This document shows positions 50,732 through 59,953 of a stretch of DNA of 64,000 nucleotides, one piece after another (the first letter of the stretch is position 1; every line of letters starts with the position of its first letter). Made by a program: the position numbers and the translations under genes. Location of the stretch: NCBI GenBank assembly GCA_016704275.1, contig JADJAK010000005.1:336246-400245 (forward strand), in the 5' to 3' direction. Below the pieces are notes generated by a model that saw nothing but the letters and a program-made list of their open reading frames with translations, was not told the origin of the DNA and did not search any database. Source of the stretch: Gemmatimonadota bacterium (GTDB taxonomy: Bacteria; Gemmatimonadota; Gemmatimonadetes; Gemmatimonadales; GWC2-71-9).

Positions 50732-52443
50732 CGATGTTCGCAACCATTCGCAATCGCATGATCCTGATCGCCGTGCTCGTCATCGGCTCGATCATCGCCC
50801 TCATCCCGCGCACCGTCACCGTGCGCGAGCGCAGCGCCACCGGCGCGATGCAGGACGTGCAGGTCAAGCGCGTCCCGCTGAAGCGCGGCCTGGACCTCCA
50901 GGGCGGGATGCACCTTGGTCTCGAGCTTGACCAGTCGACGCAGGTCTCGGCCGATGTCTCCAAGGACATCGACCTTGCCCTCACCGTCCTCCGGAAGCGC
51001 ATCGACGAGTTCGGCGTGACCGAGCCGGTGATCCAGAAGGTTGGCTCCTCGCGGATCGTCGTCGAGCTCGCCGGCATCAAGGACCCGGAACGCGCCAAGG
51101 GCATCGTCCAGCAGAACGCCTTCCTCGAATTCCGCATGACGGACAAGACGGGCGCGCTCGACGCCGCCCTCCCCGCCATGGATCGGGTGCTCGCCCAGCT
51201 CGGCGTCAAGCCGGCCGCGGGCGCCCCGACGGCGGCGAAGGGGATCGACGCGCTGCTCGCCGGCGACTCGGGCACCAAGCTCCCGGCCGACAGCGGCGCC
51301 AAGGCCGACAGTGCGACGAAGGGTGCCGCGGCGACGGGTGACACCACGAAGCCGGCGGTCGACACCGTCAAGGCGGGCGGACCGATCCTGCAGGCGCTGA
51401 TCATCTCCGGCGCCTCGGCAGGCGCCACGGCGCCGGGGACCTATCTGGTGCCGGAAGCGTCGGTGGCTCGGGTCGACTCGCTGCTTCGTATCCCCGAGGT
51501 CCAGCGCGTCCTTCCGCGTGGCATCGAGTTGAAGTGGGACCAGTCGGCGACCGGCGGCCTCGAGCCGATGCGCGCGTTGTACGCGCTCGAGACCAAGCCG
51601 ATCCTCACCGGCACCTCGCTCGTGAATGCGACGCCGCAGATCGACCCGACATCCAACAAGCCGATCGTGGTCTTCGACCTCGACCGCGCGGGCGGGCGGC
51701 GCTTCGGCCAGGAAACGAGCCGGCACATCGGCGACTTCATGGCGATCGTCCTCGACGGCAAGGTGCAGGGCGCACCGCCGGTCATCAACAGCCGCATCGA
51801 CCGTCGCGGTCAGATCGAGCTGTCGGGCCGCACCATCGCGGAGGCGCAGGACCTCGCGCTCACGCTGAAGGCCGGCGCGCTGCCGTTCACGCTCAAGATC
51901 GTGGAAGAGCGCACCGTCGGCGCCTCGCTCGGTGAGGACTCGGTCAAGGGCGGCATCGTCGCCGGCCTGGTCGGCACCCTCTTCGTCATCCTGATCATGG
52001 TCGGCTACTACCGGATGTCCGGGGCGCTCGCCGTGCTGGCCTTGGCCCTCTACATCCTGTTCACGCTGGCCGCGTTGTCGATGATTGACGCGACCCTCAC
52101 CTTGCCCGGCCTCGCCGGCATCGTGCTCTCGGTCGGTATCGCCGTCGACGCCAACGTGCTGATCTTCGAGCGCATTCGAGAGGAACTGATCGCCGGGCGG
52201 ACGGTGCGCGTCGCGGTCGAGGAAGGCTTCCGGCACGCGATGCCCGCCATCATCGACTCGAACGTCTCGACCGTCCTGACCGCCGCGTTCCTCTTCCAGT
52301 TCGGTACCGGCCCGGTCAAGGGCTTCGCGGTCACGCTGATCATGGGCATCATCGCCTCCATGATCACCGCGATCTTCGTCACCAAGACGTTCTTCCTCGT
52401 CTGGCTCGACCGGAAGCCCCACGCCACCACGCTGAGCATCTGA
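50728..52443 (+). CDS. secD: Protein translocase subunit SecD
   Basis: LKRGLDLQGGMHL, GASLGEDSVKGG, and six C-terminal TM helices. Confidence 0.95.
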   Translation: MTMFATIRNRMILIAVLVIGSIIALIPRTVTVRERSATGAMQDVQVKRVPLKRGLDLQGGMHLGLELDQSTQVSADVSKDIDLALTVLRKRIDEFGVTEPVIQKVGSSRIVVELAGIKDPERAKGIVQQNAFLEFRMTDKTGALDAALPAMDRVLAQLGVKPAAGAPTAAKGIDALLAGDSGTKLPADSGAKADSATKGAAATGDTTKPAVDTVKAGGPILQALIISGASAGATAPGTYLVPEASVARVDSLLRIPEVQRVLPRGIELKWDQSATGGLEPMRALYALETKPILTGTSLVNATPQIDPTSNKPIVVFDLDRAGGRRFGQETSRHIGDFMAIVLDGKVQGAPPVINSRIDRRGQIELSGRTIAEAQDLALTLKAGALPFTLKIVEERTVGASLGEDSVKGGIVAGLVGTLFVILIMVGYYRMSGALAVLALALYILFTLAALSMIDATLTLPGLAGIVLSVGIAVDANVLIFERIREELIAGRTVRVAVEEGFRHAMPAIIDSNVSTVLTAAFLFQFGTGPVKGFAVTLIMGIIASMITAIFVTKTFFLVWLDRKPHATTLSI

Positions 52444-52445
52444 CC

Positions 52446-53414
52446 ATGATTCGCTTCTTTGCAGACGCCAAGTACGACTTCATCGCGCACCGCCGGCAGG
52501 CCTACATCGTGACTGCCGTGCTGTTCGTGGTCGGACTCGCGGCCCTCCTCGGCTTCGGGATTCACCAGTCGATCGAGTTCACCGGCGGCACCCTGGTCCA
52601 GTTCAAGACCACGGCCCCGGTCGACGTCGAGAAGCTCCGCGCCGGCCTCGACGCCGCCGGCCTGAAGGGCGCCGAGATCCAGCGTTTCGGTGGCGACAAT
52701 GAGTACGCCGTTCGTGCTCGGACCGCCGTCGAAGGCTCCAAGACCGACGACACCCAGGCCACGACGAAGGCCGTCAACGCCGCGATCGAGGCCGTCGTCG
52801 GCGCCGGTGGCTTCACGCCGGGCAGCGGTGAGGCGGTCTCGCCGAAGGTCGGCGCCGAGCTCAAGACGCAGGCGCTCATGGCGATCATGCTCTCCTTCCT
52901 CGGCGTGCTGGCCTACCTGGCGTACCGCTTCGAGTGGCGCTTCGGGCTCGCGGCCGTCCTCGCCACGGCCCACGACATCATCCTGACCATCTGCTTCATC
53001 GCGGTGGCGCGGATCGAGCTCTCGCTCGTCGTCGTCGCCGCCGTGCTGTCGATGGTCGGCTACTCGCTGAACGACACCATCATCATCTTCGACCGTGTCC
53101 GCGAGAACCTGCACAAGTACCGCCGGAACCAGTTGGTCGAGGTCCTCAACCGCTCGATCAACGAGACGCTGCCGCGGTCTGTCCTGACCCACGTCACCAC
53201 GCTGTCGACGCTGCTGGCGCTGACGATCTTCGCTGGCGAGGTCATCCGGCCGTTCGCGTTGGTGATGTTCTTCGGCGTCTTCACCGGCACCTTCTCGTCG
53301 ATCTTCATCGCCGCCCCGCTGCTGCGCATGATCGAGCAGAAGTGGCCCGGCGTCGACGGCCGCGGCGTCAAGGTCAAGCCCAAGACGGTCCGCAGCACGG
53401 TTCCTCAGGTCTGA
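52446..53414 (+). CDS. secF: Protein translocase subunit SecF
   Basis: FIAHRRQAYIVTAVLF, IEFTGGT, and VGYSLNDTIIIFDRVREN. Confidence 0.95.
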   Translation: MIRFFADAKYDFIAHRRQAYIVTAVLFVVGLAALLGFGIHQSIEFTGGTLVQFKTTAPVDVEKLRAGLDAAGLKGAEIQRFGGDNEYAVRARTAVEGSKTDDTQATTKAVNAAIEAVVGAGGFTPGSGEAVSPKVGAELKTQALMAIMLSFLGVLAYLAYRFEWRFGLAAVLATAHDIILTICFIAVARIELSLVVVAAVLSMVGYSLNDTIIIFDRVRENLHKYRRNQLVEVLNRSINETLPRSVLTHVTTLSTLLALTIFAGEVIRPFALVMFFGVFTGTFSSIFIAAPLLRMIEQKWPGVDGRGVKVKPKTVRSTVPQV

Positions 53415-53419
53415 CCCTG

Positions 53420-54193
53420 ATGCTGGTGGATACCCACTGCCACCTCGCGGACCCGGCCTTCGCGGCCGACCGCGACGCGGTGGTGGAGCGGATGGGCGCC
53501 GCCGGCGTCTCCCGTGCCATGGTCATTGAATCCGTCACCGCCCAGCTCGAGGAAACCCTCGGCTGGGCGGTTCGGCATCCCGGCCTGGTCGTGGCAACAG
53601 GATGCCACCCGCACGACGCAGGTCGCTGGACGCCCGAGCTCCGTACTCGCCTCCAGGCCGCCTGGCAGCACCCGCTCGTCCGGGCCGCCGGCGAGATGGG
53701 GCTCGACTACCACTACGACCACGCCCCCCGCAGCGTGCAGCAGGACGTCTTCGCGGAGCAATTGGCGCTGGCCACGGCCGCAGGAATGCCCGTCGTCATC
53801 CACGCCCGCGAGGCCGATGCCGATGTCGTCGCCATCCTGCGGAACCAGGCCGACGCCACCGTGGTGCTGCACTCCTTCTCGAGCGGCCCCGTCCTGCGGG
53901 ACGCCGGCCTCGAGGCGGGGTGGTACTTTTCCTTCAGCGGCATGGTGACCTTCAAGACGTGGACGCAGCAGGACGCCATGCGGGCCGTCGCCAGCGACCG
54001 GCTGCTGATCGAGACCGACGCACCGTACCTGGCGCCCGTGCCACACCGCGGCAAGCGCAACGAGCCGAGTTATGTGCCTGCCGTCGCACGAGCCCTCGCG
54101 GAAGTACGCGGCACGACCTACGAAGAGATCGCTGCTGGCACCACGGCCAATGCAATCAGGTTGTTTTGGCCTGACGAACAGGATGATCGATGA
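53420..54193 (+). CDS. tatD: TatD-family metal-dependent deoxyribonuclease
   Basis: MLVDTHCHL, VVIHAREA, and LIETDAPYLAPVPHRGKRNEPSYV. The stop codon lies inside the GATGATC repeat array. Confidence 0.9.
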   Translation: MLVDTHCHLADPAFAADRDAVVERMGAAGVSRAMVIESVTAQLEETLGWAVRHPGLVVATGCHPHDAGRWTPELRTRLQAAWQHPLVRAAGEMGLDYHYDHAPRSVQQDVFAEQLALATAAGMPVVIHAREADADVVAILRNQADATVVLHSFSSGPVLRDAGLEAGWYFSFSGMVTFKTWTQQDAMRAVASDRLLIETDAPYLAPVPHRGKRNEPSYVPAVARALAEVRGTTYEEIAAGTTANAIRLFWPDEQDDR

Positions 54194-54322
54194 TCGATGA
54201 TCGATGATCGATAAAGCCGCTATCGATCATCGAGCCTCGACAACCGACCATCGACAATCGATCATCGATCATCGATCATCGACACCTGACTATCGATCAT
54301 CGATCATCGATCATCGATCATC
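54182..54322. repeat. Inverted arrays of tandem 7-mers (GATGATC / GATCATC) with a perfect 13-bp hairpin
   Basis: (GATGATC)x4 at 54182-54209. The hairpin is TCGATGATCGATA-AAGCCGC-TATCGATCATCGA (54201-33). Then (GATCATC)x3 at 54260-80 and (GATCATC)x4 at 54295-54322. Confidence 0.9.
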
Positions 54323-54357
54323 GTTTCCCCAAGACCAACCTTACCTCGAGCATCCTG

Positions 54358-54732
54358 ATGCAGATTATCACGACTTCTGGTGCCCCCGCCGCCATCGGCC
54401 CCTACTCGCAGGCCATCCTCGTCAACGGGATGCTCTACACCGCGGGGCAGATCGCCCTCGACCCGGTGTCGATGGAGATCGTGCCGGGTGGCGTGACCGA
54501 GCAGACCGAGCAGGTCTTCAAGAACCTCGGTGCCGTCCTCGCCGCCGCGGGGATGTCGTTCAAGAACGTCGTGAAGACCACCGTCTTCCTGCGTGACATG
54601 GCGGAGTTCGCCCCGATGAACGCCGTCTATGCGGCGCACTTTGGCGACCATCGCCCGGCGCGCAGCACCGTCGCCGCGGCCGGCCTCCCGCGCGATGTCC
54701 GCGTCGAGATCGAACTCGTGGCGGTCGCCTGA
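54358..54732 (+). CDS. ridA: RidA/YjgF-family reactive intermediate deaminase
   Basis: MQIITTSGAPAAIGPYSQAILVNGMLYTAGQIALDP...ARSTVAAAGLPRDVRVEIELVAV. Confidence 0.9.
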   Translation: MQIITTSGAPAAIGPYSQAILVNGMLYTAGQIALDPVSMEIVPGGVTEQTEQVFKNLGAVLAAAGMSFKNVVKTTVFLRDMAEFAPMNAVYAAHFGDHRPARSTVAAAGLPRDVRVEIELVAVA

Positions 54733-54743
54733 TCCAGCGCCTG

Positions 54744-55193
54744 ATGGTGCGCATCGGGCCGCTGGCCGCGGCGCTGCTGCTCCTCGCGGGGCCGCTCGCC
54801 GCGCAGGCGCGTCCCGACTCGCTGCCGATCCGCTCCCGCCCGTCGCCGCTCGGCTACTTCGCGCGGTCGCTGCTCGTCCCCGGCTGGGGCCAGGCAGCGC
54901 TTGATCGGAAGTTGAGCGGCGGATTGTTCGTCGCCTTCGAAGGGGTGGCGGTCGCGATGGCGCTGAAGGCCAATCACGAGATGCGCTACCTGGACCGCAC
55001 CGGCTCGGAGCGACTGGAACAGAAGCGCGCCGAACGCGGCGACTGGCTCTTCCTGATCGCGGTGAACCACCTCTTCGCCGGGATGGAAGCCTACGTCTCG
55101 GCGAACCTCTACGACTTCCCCGGCGAGCTGCAGGCGCGCGTCCTCCCCGGCGGCCGTCGTGGCCTCGGCATCACCCTGCCGATCCCGCGATGA
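54744..55193 (+). CDS. Secreted/membrane protein, DUF5683-like
   Basis: Signal peptide MVRIGPLAAALLLLAGPLAAQ and LLVPGWGQAALDRKLSGGLFVAFEGVAVAMAL. The call is tentative. Confidence 0.4.
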   Translation: MVRIGPLAAALLLLAGPLAAQARPDSLPIRSRPSPLGYFARSLLVPGWGQAALDRKLSGGLFVAFEGVAVAMALKANHEMRYLDRTGSERLEQKRAERGDWLFLIAVNHLFAGMEAYVSANLYDFPGELQARVLPGGRRGLGITLPIPR

Positions 55194-56005
55194 ACAGCGC
55201 ACCGATCGGCGTCTTCGATTCCGGCATCGGCGGCCTCACCGTCGTGCGCGCCATCCACGCGCTGCTCCCGAACGAATCGACGCTCTACCTCGGCGACACC
55301 GCGCGCGTCCCCTACGGCTCGAAGTCGCCGGACACCGTCCGCCGCTACGCCCGCGAGATCCTCGCCTGGCTCGAGCAGCATCAGGTGAAGGCCGTCGTGG
55401 TCGCCTGCAACACCGCCACCGCCCATGCCCTCGACGAGTTGCGCGCCATCGCCACCGTCCCGGTCATCGGCGTGATCGAGCCCGGTGCGCGCGCGGCGGC
55501 GAACGCAAGCCGTGGCGGCACCGTTGGGGTCATCGGCACCGCCGGCACCATCCTCTCCGGCGCGTATCGTCGGGCGCTGCACCGTGTCCGTCCTGAGCTG
55601 GCCGTGGTGGAGCAGGCGTGTCCGCTCTTCGTGCCGTTGGTGGAGGAGGGGTGGTTCGACCATCCCGCCACGCGGTTGGTGGCCGAGGAGTACCTGGCGC
55701 CGCTGCGTGCGGCCGGGGTCGACACCATCGTCCTGGGGTGCACGCACTACCCGATGCTCAGCGGCCTCATCGGCGACGTGCTCGGGCCCGACGTGGTCCG
55801 GATCGACAGCGCGCAGGAGACGGCCCGCGAGCTGGCCAGCGTGCTGCATGCCAAGGAATTGGAGGCGCCGCCGGGAACGGCCGTGCATCACCGCTGGGCG
55901 GCGACCGACGACGTGGCGCGCTTTGCGAGGGTGGGGTCGATCTTTGTGGGGGAGCCGCTCGAGGCGATCGAGCTCGCCGCGTTGGGGAACGACCGGCCTA
56001 GCTGA
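55190..56005 (+). CDS. murI: Glutamate racemase
   Basis: IGVFDSGIGGLTV, VVACNTAT, and VLGCTHYP. Confidence 0.93.
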   Translation: MNSAPIGVFDSGIGGLTVVRAIHALLPNESTLYLGDTARVPYGSKSPDTVRRYAREILAWLEQHQVKAVVVACNTATAHALDELRAIATVPVIGVIEPGARAAANASRGGTVGVIGTAGTILSGAYRRALHRVRPELAVVEQACPLFVPLVEEGWFDHPATRLVAEEYLAPLRAAGVDTIVLGCTHYPMLSGLIGDVLGPDVVRIDSAQETARELASVLHAKELEAPPGTAVHHRWAATDDVARFARVGSIFVGEPLEAIELAALGNDRPS

Positions 56006-56726
56006 ACCGATGCAGCGTGGCGCCGTCGGCATCGAGGATGCCGTAGGCGTGTCCATCGAGCCACGCGCCCGGATTCAGGTACCACCGGCCCGGCGAGACT
56101 TCGTGGGCCGCCGCGCGGTGGGTGTGCCCCATGACCACCGCCGCGAGTCCCGGGTCCGCGGACAGCAGCCCCTCGGCGATCCCGCGCTGCCGAGCCATCG
56201 CCGCGTCGCTGATTTCCGGATGGGCGGCGGCGTACGTCGGGTTGTGCTGCAACCGGTCGGCGGCCCAGAAGGTGAGCGAGGCCGGCAGCGTCGCGACGGC
56301 ACGGATGATGGTCGGCGAGTTGATCAGCCGGTTGAGCACGTTGGCGCGGAAGTGCTCCTGATGCAGCCCGTCGCCGTGGACCATCAGGACGCGCTGGCCG
56401 GCCACGTCGCATTCGAGCCGATGCGCGTCAAAGCGGAGCCCCGCTTCCTGGTCCCAGAAGGTGCTGCCCCAGCGGTCGTGATTGCCGCCGACCATCATCA
56501 CCGGGAAGCGTCGGGCCAGATGGACCAGGGCGGCGGTGGTGCGGATCGCCTGCCGCGGGATCACTCGGCGCCAGGTGAACCAGAAGTCGAAGAGGTCGCC
56601 GGTGACGAGCAACGCGTCACCCAGCGACGGGACGGCGTCGAGGAAGGCGAGCATCGCCTCCTCGTCCGCCACGGGGGCCGCCCCAAGGTGGGCATCCCCG
56701 ACCACTACCACACGGTGCGCTGTCAC
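55998..56726 (-). CDS. Metallophosphoesterase, LpxH-like UDP-2,3-diacylglucosamine diphosphatase
   Basis: VVVVGDAHLG, LLVTGDLFDFWF, VGGNHDRW, and MGHTH. I prefer the start at GTG 56726; ATG 56762 would overlap the divergent gene. Confidence 0.65.
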   Translation of the reverse strand: MTAHRVVVVGDAHLGAAPVADEEAMLAFLDAVPSLGDALLVTGDLFDFWFTWRRVIPRQAIRTTAALVHLARRFPVMMVGGNHDRWGSTFWDQEAGLRFDAHRLECDVAGQRVLMVHGDGLHQEHFRANVLNRLINSPTIIRAVATLPASLTFWAADRLQHNPTYAAAHPEISDAAMARQRGIAEGLLSADPGLAAVVMGHTHRAAAHEVSPGRWYLNPGAWLDGHAYGILDADGATLHRFS

Positions 56727-56743
56727 GGCGCGAAAGGTGGACG

Positions 56744-57190
56744 ATGCAGCCGACCGTTGCAACCGATGGCGCCGGAATCACCACCATCCGCCGCCGGGTC
56801 GATTACTCCGAGACCGACCAGATGGGCGTGGTCTACCATGCCCGGTATCTGGTCTGGTTCGACGTCGCGCGGACCGAGCATCTCCGGCAGACGGGGCTCT
56901 CGTATCGCGACCTGGAGACCCTCGGCTTCCGCCTGATGGTCGGTGAGCTCACCATCCGCTACCGCCGAGCGGCGCGCTACGACGACCCGGTCCGGGTGCG
57001 CACCTGGGTGCGCGAGCGGGCCTCCCGGCGCGTCACCTTCGGCTACGCCGTCGAACACGACGAAACCGGCGAGCTCCTGGCGACCGGCAGCACCGCCATG
57101 CTGGTGATGGACGACACCTTCGCCTTCGGCCGCCTCCCTGAGGGCATCGCCGAACGGTTGCAACCCATTCCTGACCCGGTGCGCCTCTGA
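56744..57190 (+). CDS. YbgC/4HBT-family acyl-CoA thioesterase
   Basis: VDYSETDQMGVVYHARYLVWFDVARTEHLRQTG hot-dog fold motif. Confidence 0.8.
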   Translation: MQPTVATDGAGITTIRRRVDYSETDQMGVVYHARYLVWFDVARTEHLRQTGLSYRDLETLGFRLMVGELTIRYRRAARYDDPVRVRTWVRERASRRVTFGYAVEHDETGELLATGSTAMLVMDDTFAFGRLPEGIAERLQPIPDPVRL

Positions 57191-59220
57191 TGCGACTCTC
57201 CCCGCTCCTGCTCGCTGCCACTGGCCTCGCGCTGCTGGCCGCACCGCTCACCGCCCAGGACCCTGCGCTGGTCGAGGCGCTCGCCCCGCTGTTGATGGCG
57301 GAGGACCGCCGGCAACTCGACCTCACCGCGATGGCACGCGCCATCGGCCATCCGGACCCGCTGGTGCGCCGCACCGCGGTGGTCGCGGTTGGCCGCATCG
57401 GCGATCGTCGCGGCGCACCGCTCATCGTCGAAGCGCTCGGCGATCGCGACCAGAACGTCGTCGCCGACGCCTTCTTCGCACTCGGCCTCCTGGCCGACAG
57501 CAACAACGCCGCGGCGATCATCGCCCGACTCCGTCAACCCGACTCCCTCGATGCAGCCGCCGCCGGCGAGGCCTCCGCCGCGTTGGCCCGCTCCGGCGGC
57601 AGTGCGGCCGTTGGGATGCTCACCGAGATCATCGGGGGCCGTACCTCGCTGCCGGCCGCACGGCGAGACCTTCTGCTGCCGACGGCGTTGCTCGAATCGT
57701 GGAAGCTCGCGGCTCAGGCGCCCGTCGCGGCGATGTTGCCGTTCCTCACCAATCCGAATGACGACCTCCGCTGGCGCGCCACCTACACCCTCGCACGGCT
57801 CAAGGCGCCGACGGCCGGCAACGGCCTGCTCCGCTCGGCGCGGGACAAGATGGCCCTCATTCGCGAGGCCGCGCTCCGTTCCTACACGAAGGCCTACGCC
57901 GACAGCGCCGGACTCCCCGCGGCCACCGTGCTCGGCGAACTGCGCCGCGCCCTCCAGGACGCCTCCCCCGGCGTGAAGATCAGCGCCCTGCAGGCGCTCG
58001 GCAGCTGGCGCGATTCCGCCGAAGTGACCGGCGTCCTTCGCCTCCTCACCGATGCCGATTTCAACGTCCGCGTGCAGGCCACCACCGCGCTCGGCGAGCT
58101 GCGCGGCGAGGCCGCGATGGCCGCGCTCGATGGCCTCTTCGACAAGCAGGGTGCCTCCTGGGCGATGCGTCGCGTCGCCTTCTCGGCGCTTGCCCGCGCC
58201 GACACCGCCCGCTTCGCCAAGCGCGCCGCCGTCTGGCAGGCCTCGCAGGACGTCCGCGAGCGGATGGCCGCCTACGAGGGATGGGGCAGCATCAGCAGCA
58301 CCGGCAACGCCGTCTTCCAGGCCGGCCTGCAGGATGCCGATGCGCGGGTCCAGGCCGCCGCGTTGGGAGCGTGGCGGAGCGCACGTCCGCGCACCGACTC
58401 CACCGTCGTCGCGGCCGCCCGTGAGCGTCTCCGGAGTGCCGCGCCCGAAGTGCGTGCCACCGCCGCCGGCGTCCTCGGCGCCAATGCGCGCGTGGAAGAC
58501 CTCGACCTCCTCCTCGCGGCGTGGCGCCTCGGGGCGGCCGACGTCGAACGCGATGCCCAGCAGGCGGTGCTTGCCACCATGGCGGGGCTCGCGCGCCGCG
58601 TGCCCGATGTGCTGCAGCAGCTCGGCGACCCGAGCCGCCGCGACTTCTTCACGCCGCCCGCCGAGATGCTGCTGCGGCGCGACGCGGCACGCAGCTGGCC
58701 GGCGCTCGCGGAGCGTTGGGGGCCAGCGCTGCCGGTCGTCACGGGGCGTAGCCTCGAGGAGTACCGGGTGATCGTCCGGACCCTGGTCCTCGCCAAGGAG
58801 AATCCGCACGTGACGGTCGAGCTCGACGGTCGCGGCACCATCGACCTCGAGCTGCTCGGGCGCGAGGCGCCGCTCACGGTCGCCAACTTCCTCCGCCTGG
58901 TGGACCGGCGGTGGTTCGACGGCAATCGGTGGCACCGTGTCGTCCCGAACTTCGTCATCCAGGACGGCGATCGGAGCGGGACCGGGAGCGGGGGGCCGGG
59001 GTGGGCCATTCGCGACGAGTTCAACCGCCGTCGCTACGACGTCCCGATGGCGGGGATGGCCCTCTCCGGCCCCGAGACCGGGGGCAGCCAGTGGTTCATC
59101 AATGTCTCGCCGCAGCCGCACCTGGACGGGCGCTACACCATCTTCGGCAAGGTCGCCGGGAGCTACGCGGCCCTCCTGCGGGTCACCCAGGGCGACGTCA
59201 TTCGCAGCATCCATCGATGA
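57190..59220 (+). CDS. HEAT-repeat protein fused to a C-terminal cyclophilin-type peptidyl-prolyl isomerase
   Basis: Signal peptide. Repeated HPDPLVRRTAVVAVGRIGD, NPNDDLRWRATYTLARL, DADFNVRVQATTALGEL, and DADARVQAAALGAW (HEAT/PBS-lyase type). The C-terminus reads LTVANFLRLVDRRWFDGNRWHRVVPNFVIQDGD...GGSQWFINVSPQPHLDGRYTIFGKV. Confidence 0.8.
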   Translation: MRLSPLLLAATGLALLAAPLTAQDPALVEALAPLLMAEDRRQLDLTAMARAIGHPDPLVRRTAVVAVGRIGDRRGAPLIVEALGDRDQNVVADAFFALGLLADSNNAAAIIARLRQPDSLDAAAAGEASAALARSGGSAAVGMLTEIIGGRTSLPAARRDLLLPTALLESWKLAAQAPVAAMLPFLTNPNDDLRWRATYTLARLKAPTAGNGLLRSARDKMALIREAALRSYTKAYADSAGLPAATVLGELRRALQDASPGVKISALQALGSWRDSAEVTGVLRLLTDADFNVRVQATTALGELRGEAAMAALDGLFDKQGASWAMRRVAFSALARADTARFAKRAAVWQASQDVRERMAAYEGWGSISSTGNAVFQAGLQDADARVQAAALGAWRSARPRTDSTVVAAARERLRSAAPEVRATAAGVLGANARVEDLDLLLAAWRLGAADVERDAQQAVLATMAGLARRVPDVLQQLGDPSRRDFFTPPAEMLLRRDAARSWPALAERWGPALPVVTGRSLEEYRVIVRTLVLAKENPHVTVELDGRGTIDLELLGREAPLTVANFLRLVDRRWFDGNRWHRVVPNFVIQDGDRSGTGSGGPGWAIRDEFNRRRYDVPMAGMALSGPETGGSQWFINVSPQPHLDGRYTIFGKVAGSYAALLRVTQGDVIRSIHR

Positions 59221-59263
59221 GGGAGGGTTGAGTCCCTCCCGCTCCGGGGCGAACTTGCGGGCA

Positions 59264-59953
59264 ATGCAACGACTCCGCTTCCTCCCGCTGCTCCTGCTGA
59301 CCGCCTGTGGCGGCGCCCCTGGTGCCCTCGCCCCATCTGGTATGGGTGCCCTCACGGACGTCGAGGCGCGCCGCTGGGCGGCCGAAACGCAGCCCGGGGG
59401 CAACCAGGAGATCCGCTTCCGCTTCGTCTTCACCGACAAGCGCTCCGCCGCCGCCAAGGGGCAGGGGAGCGCCTCGGTGGCCGGCGCCGACTCCCTCCGC
59501 TTCGACTTCCGCGGCCCGCTCGGCGCAGGGCGCGGCGCGGCGGTCGTCATCGGCGACTCGGCGCAGTGGGTCCAGCCCAAGGATCAGGTCGACAAGCTGG
59601 TGCCGAGCTATCCGCTCCTCTGGGCCATGTTGGGCCGGGCGCGTCCCCCTGCCGGGGTGGTCGACCTCCGTGGCCTGCGGGATGAGAAGGTCACTGCTTG
59701 GCGCTACATCAGTGGCGCCGATACTGTGGATTACCTGCGCAGTCGCGACGGCCTGCGGTTGATGGCCGAGGTGCGGCAAGCGGGGAAGCGGATCGGGATC
59801 GTGACCACCACCTTCGGTCCGGATGGCGTGCTCCTCAAGTCGCGACTGGACGTCCCCAGTGGGCCAGCGCGACTCGATCTGACATTTACGCGGGTGACGA
59901 AGCCGGGGTCGTTTTCGGCGGAGATCTGGGATGCACCGCGCGATTCGCTCTAG
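59264..59953 (+). CDS. Lipoprotein, LolB/DUF4292-like (tentative)
   Basis: MQRLRFLPLLLLTACGG lipobox. Beta-rich, and positioned before lptE. The track ORF start at 58937 is off-frame read-through of the PPIase gene. Confidence 0.5.
   Translation: MQRLRFLPLLLLTACGGAPGALAPSGMGALTDVEARRWAAETQPGGNQEIRFRFVFTDKRSAAAKGQGSASVAGADSLRFDFRGPLGAGRGAAVVIGDSAQWVQPKDQVDKLVPSYPLLWAMLGRARPPAGVVDLRGLRDEKVTAWRYISGADTVDYLRSRDGLRLMAEVRQAGKRIGIVTTTFGPDGVLLKSRLDVPSGPARLDLTFTRVTKPGSFSAEIWDAPRDSL

Noticed and set aside
48573-52422. 541-aa and 661-aa minus-strand ORFs
   Set aside because: They are antisense to rbfA-truB-ribF and secD respectively, and have no motifs.
54182-54322. Heptamer arrays (here and at 11893-12002) as possible CRISPR arrays
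   Set aside because: The repeat unit is only 7 nt, with no spacers and no cas genes. The arrangement is inverted tandem arrays, not direct repeats separated by unique spacers.
54204-54596. 130-aa ORF (MIDKAAIDHRASTTDHRQSIIDHRSS...)
   Set aside because: Its repetitive IDHRSS peptide is just the translation of the GATCATC heptamer arrays, and the 3' part runs off-frame through ridA.
59221-59240. GGGAGGG-TTGAGT-CCCTCCC hairpin after the PPIase gene as a terminator
   Set aside because: The stem is only 7 bp, there is no T-tract, and the next gene starts 24 nt later in the same direction. This is too weak to call.
57043-59580. 845-aa minus-strand ORF
   Set aside because: It is antisense to the HEAT-cyclophilin gene, whose sense frame has clear repeats and a complete PPIase domain.
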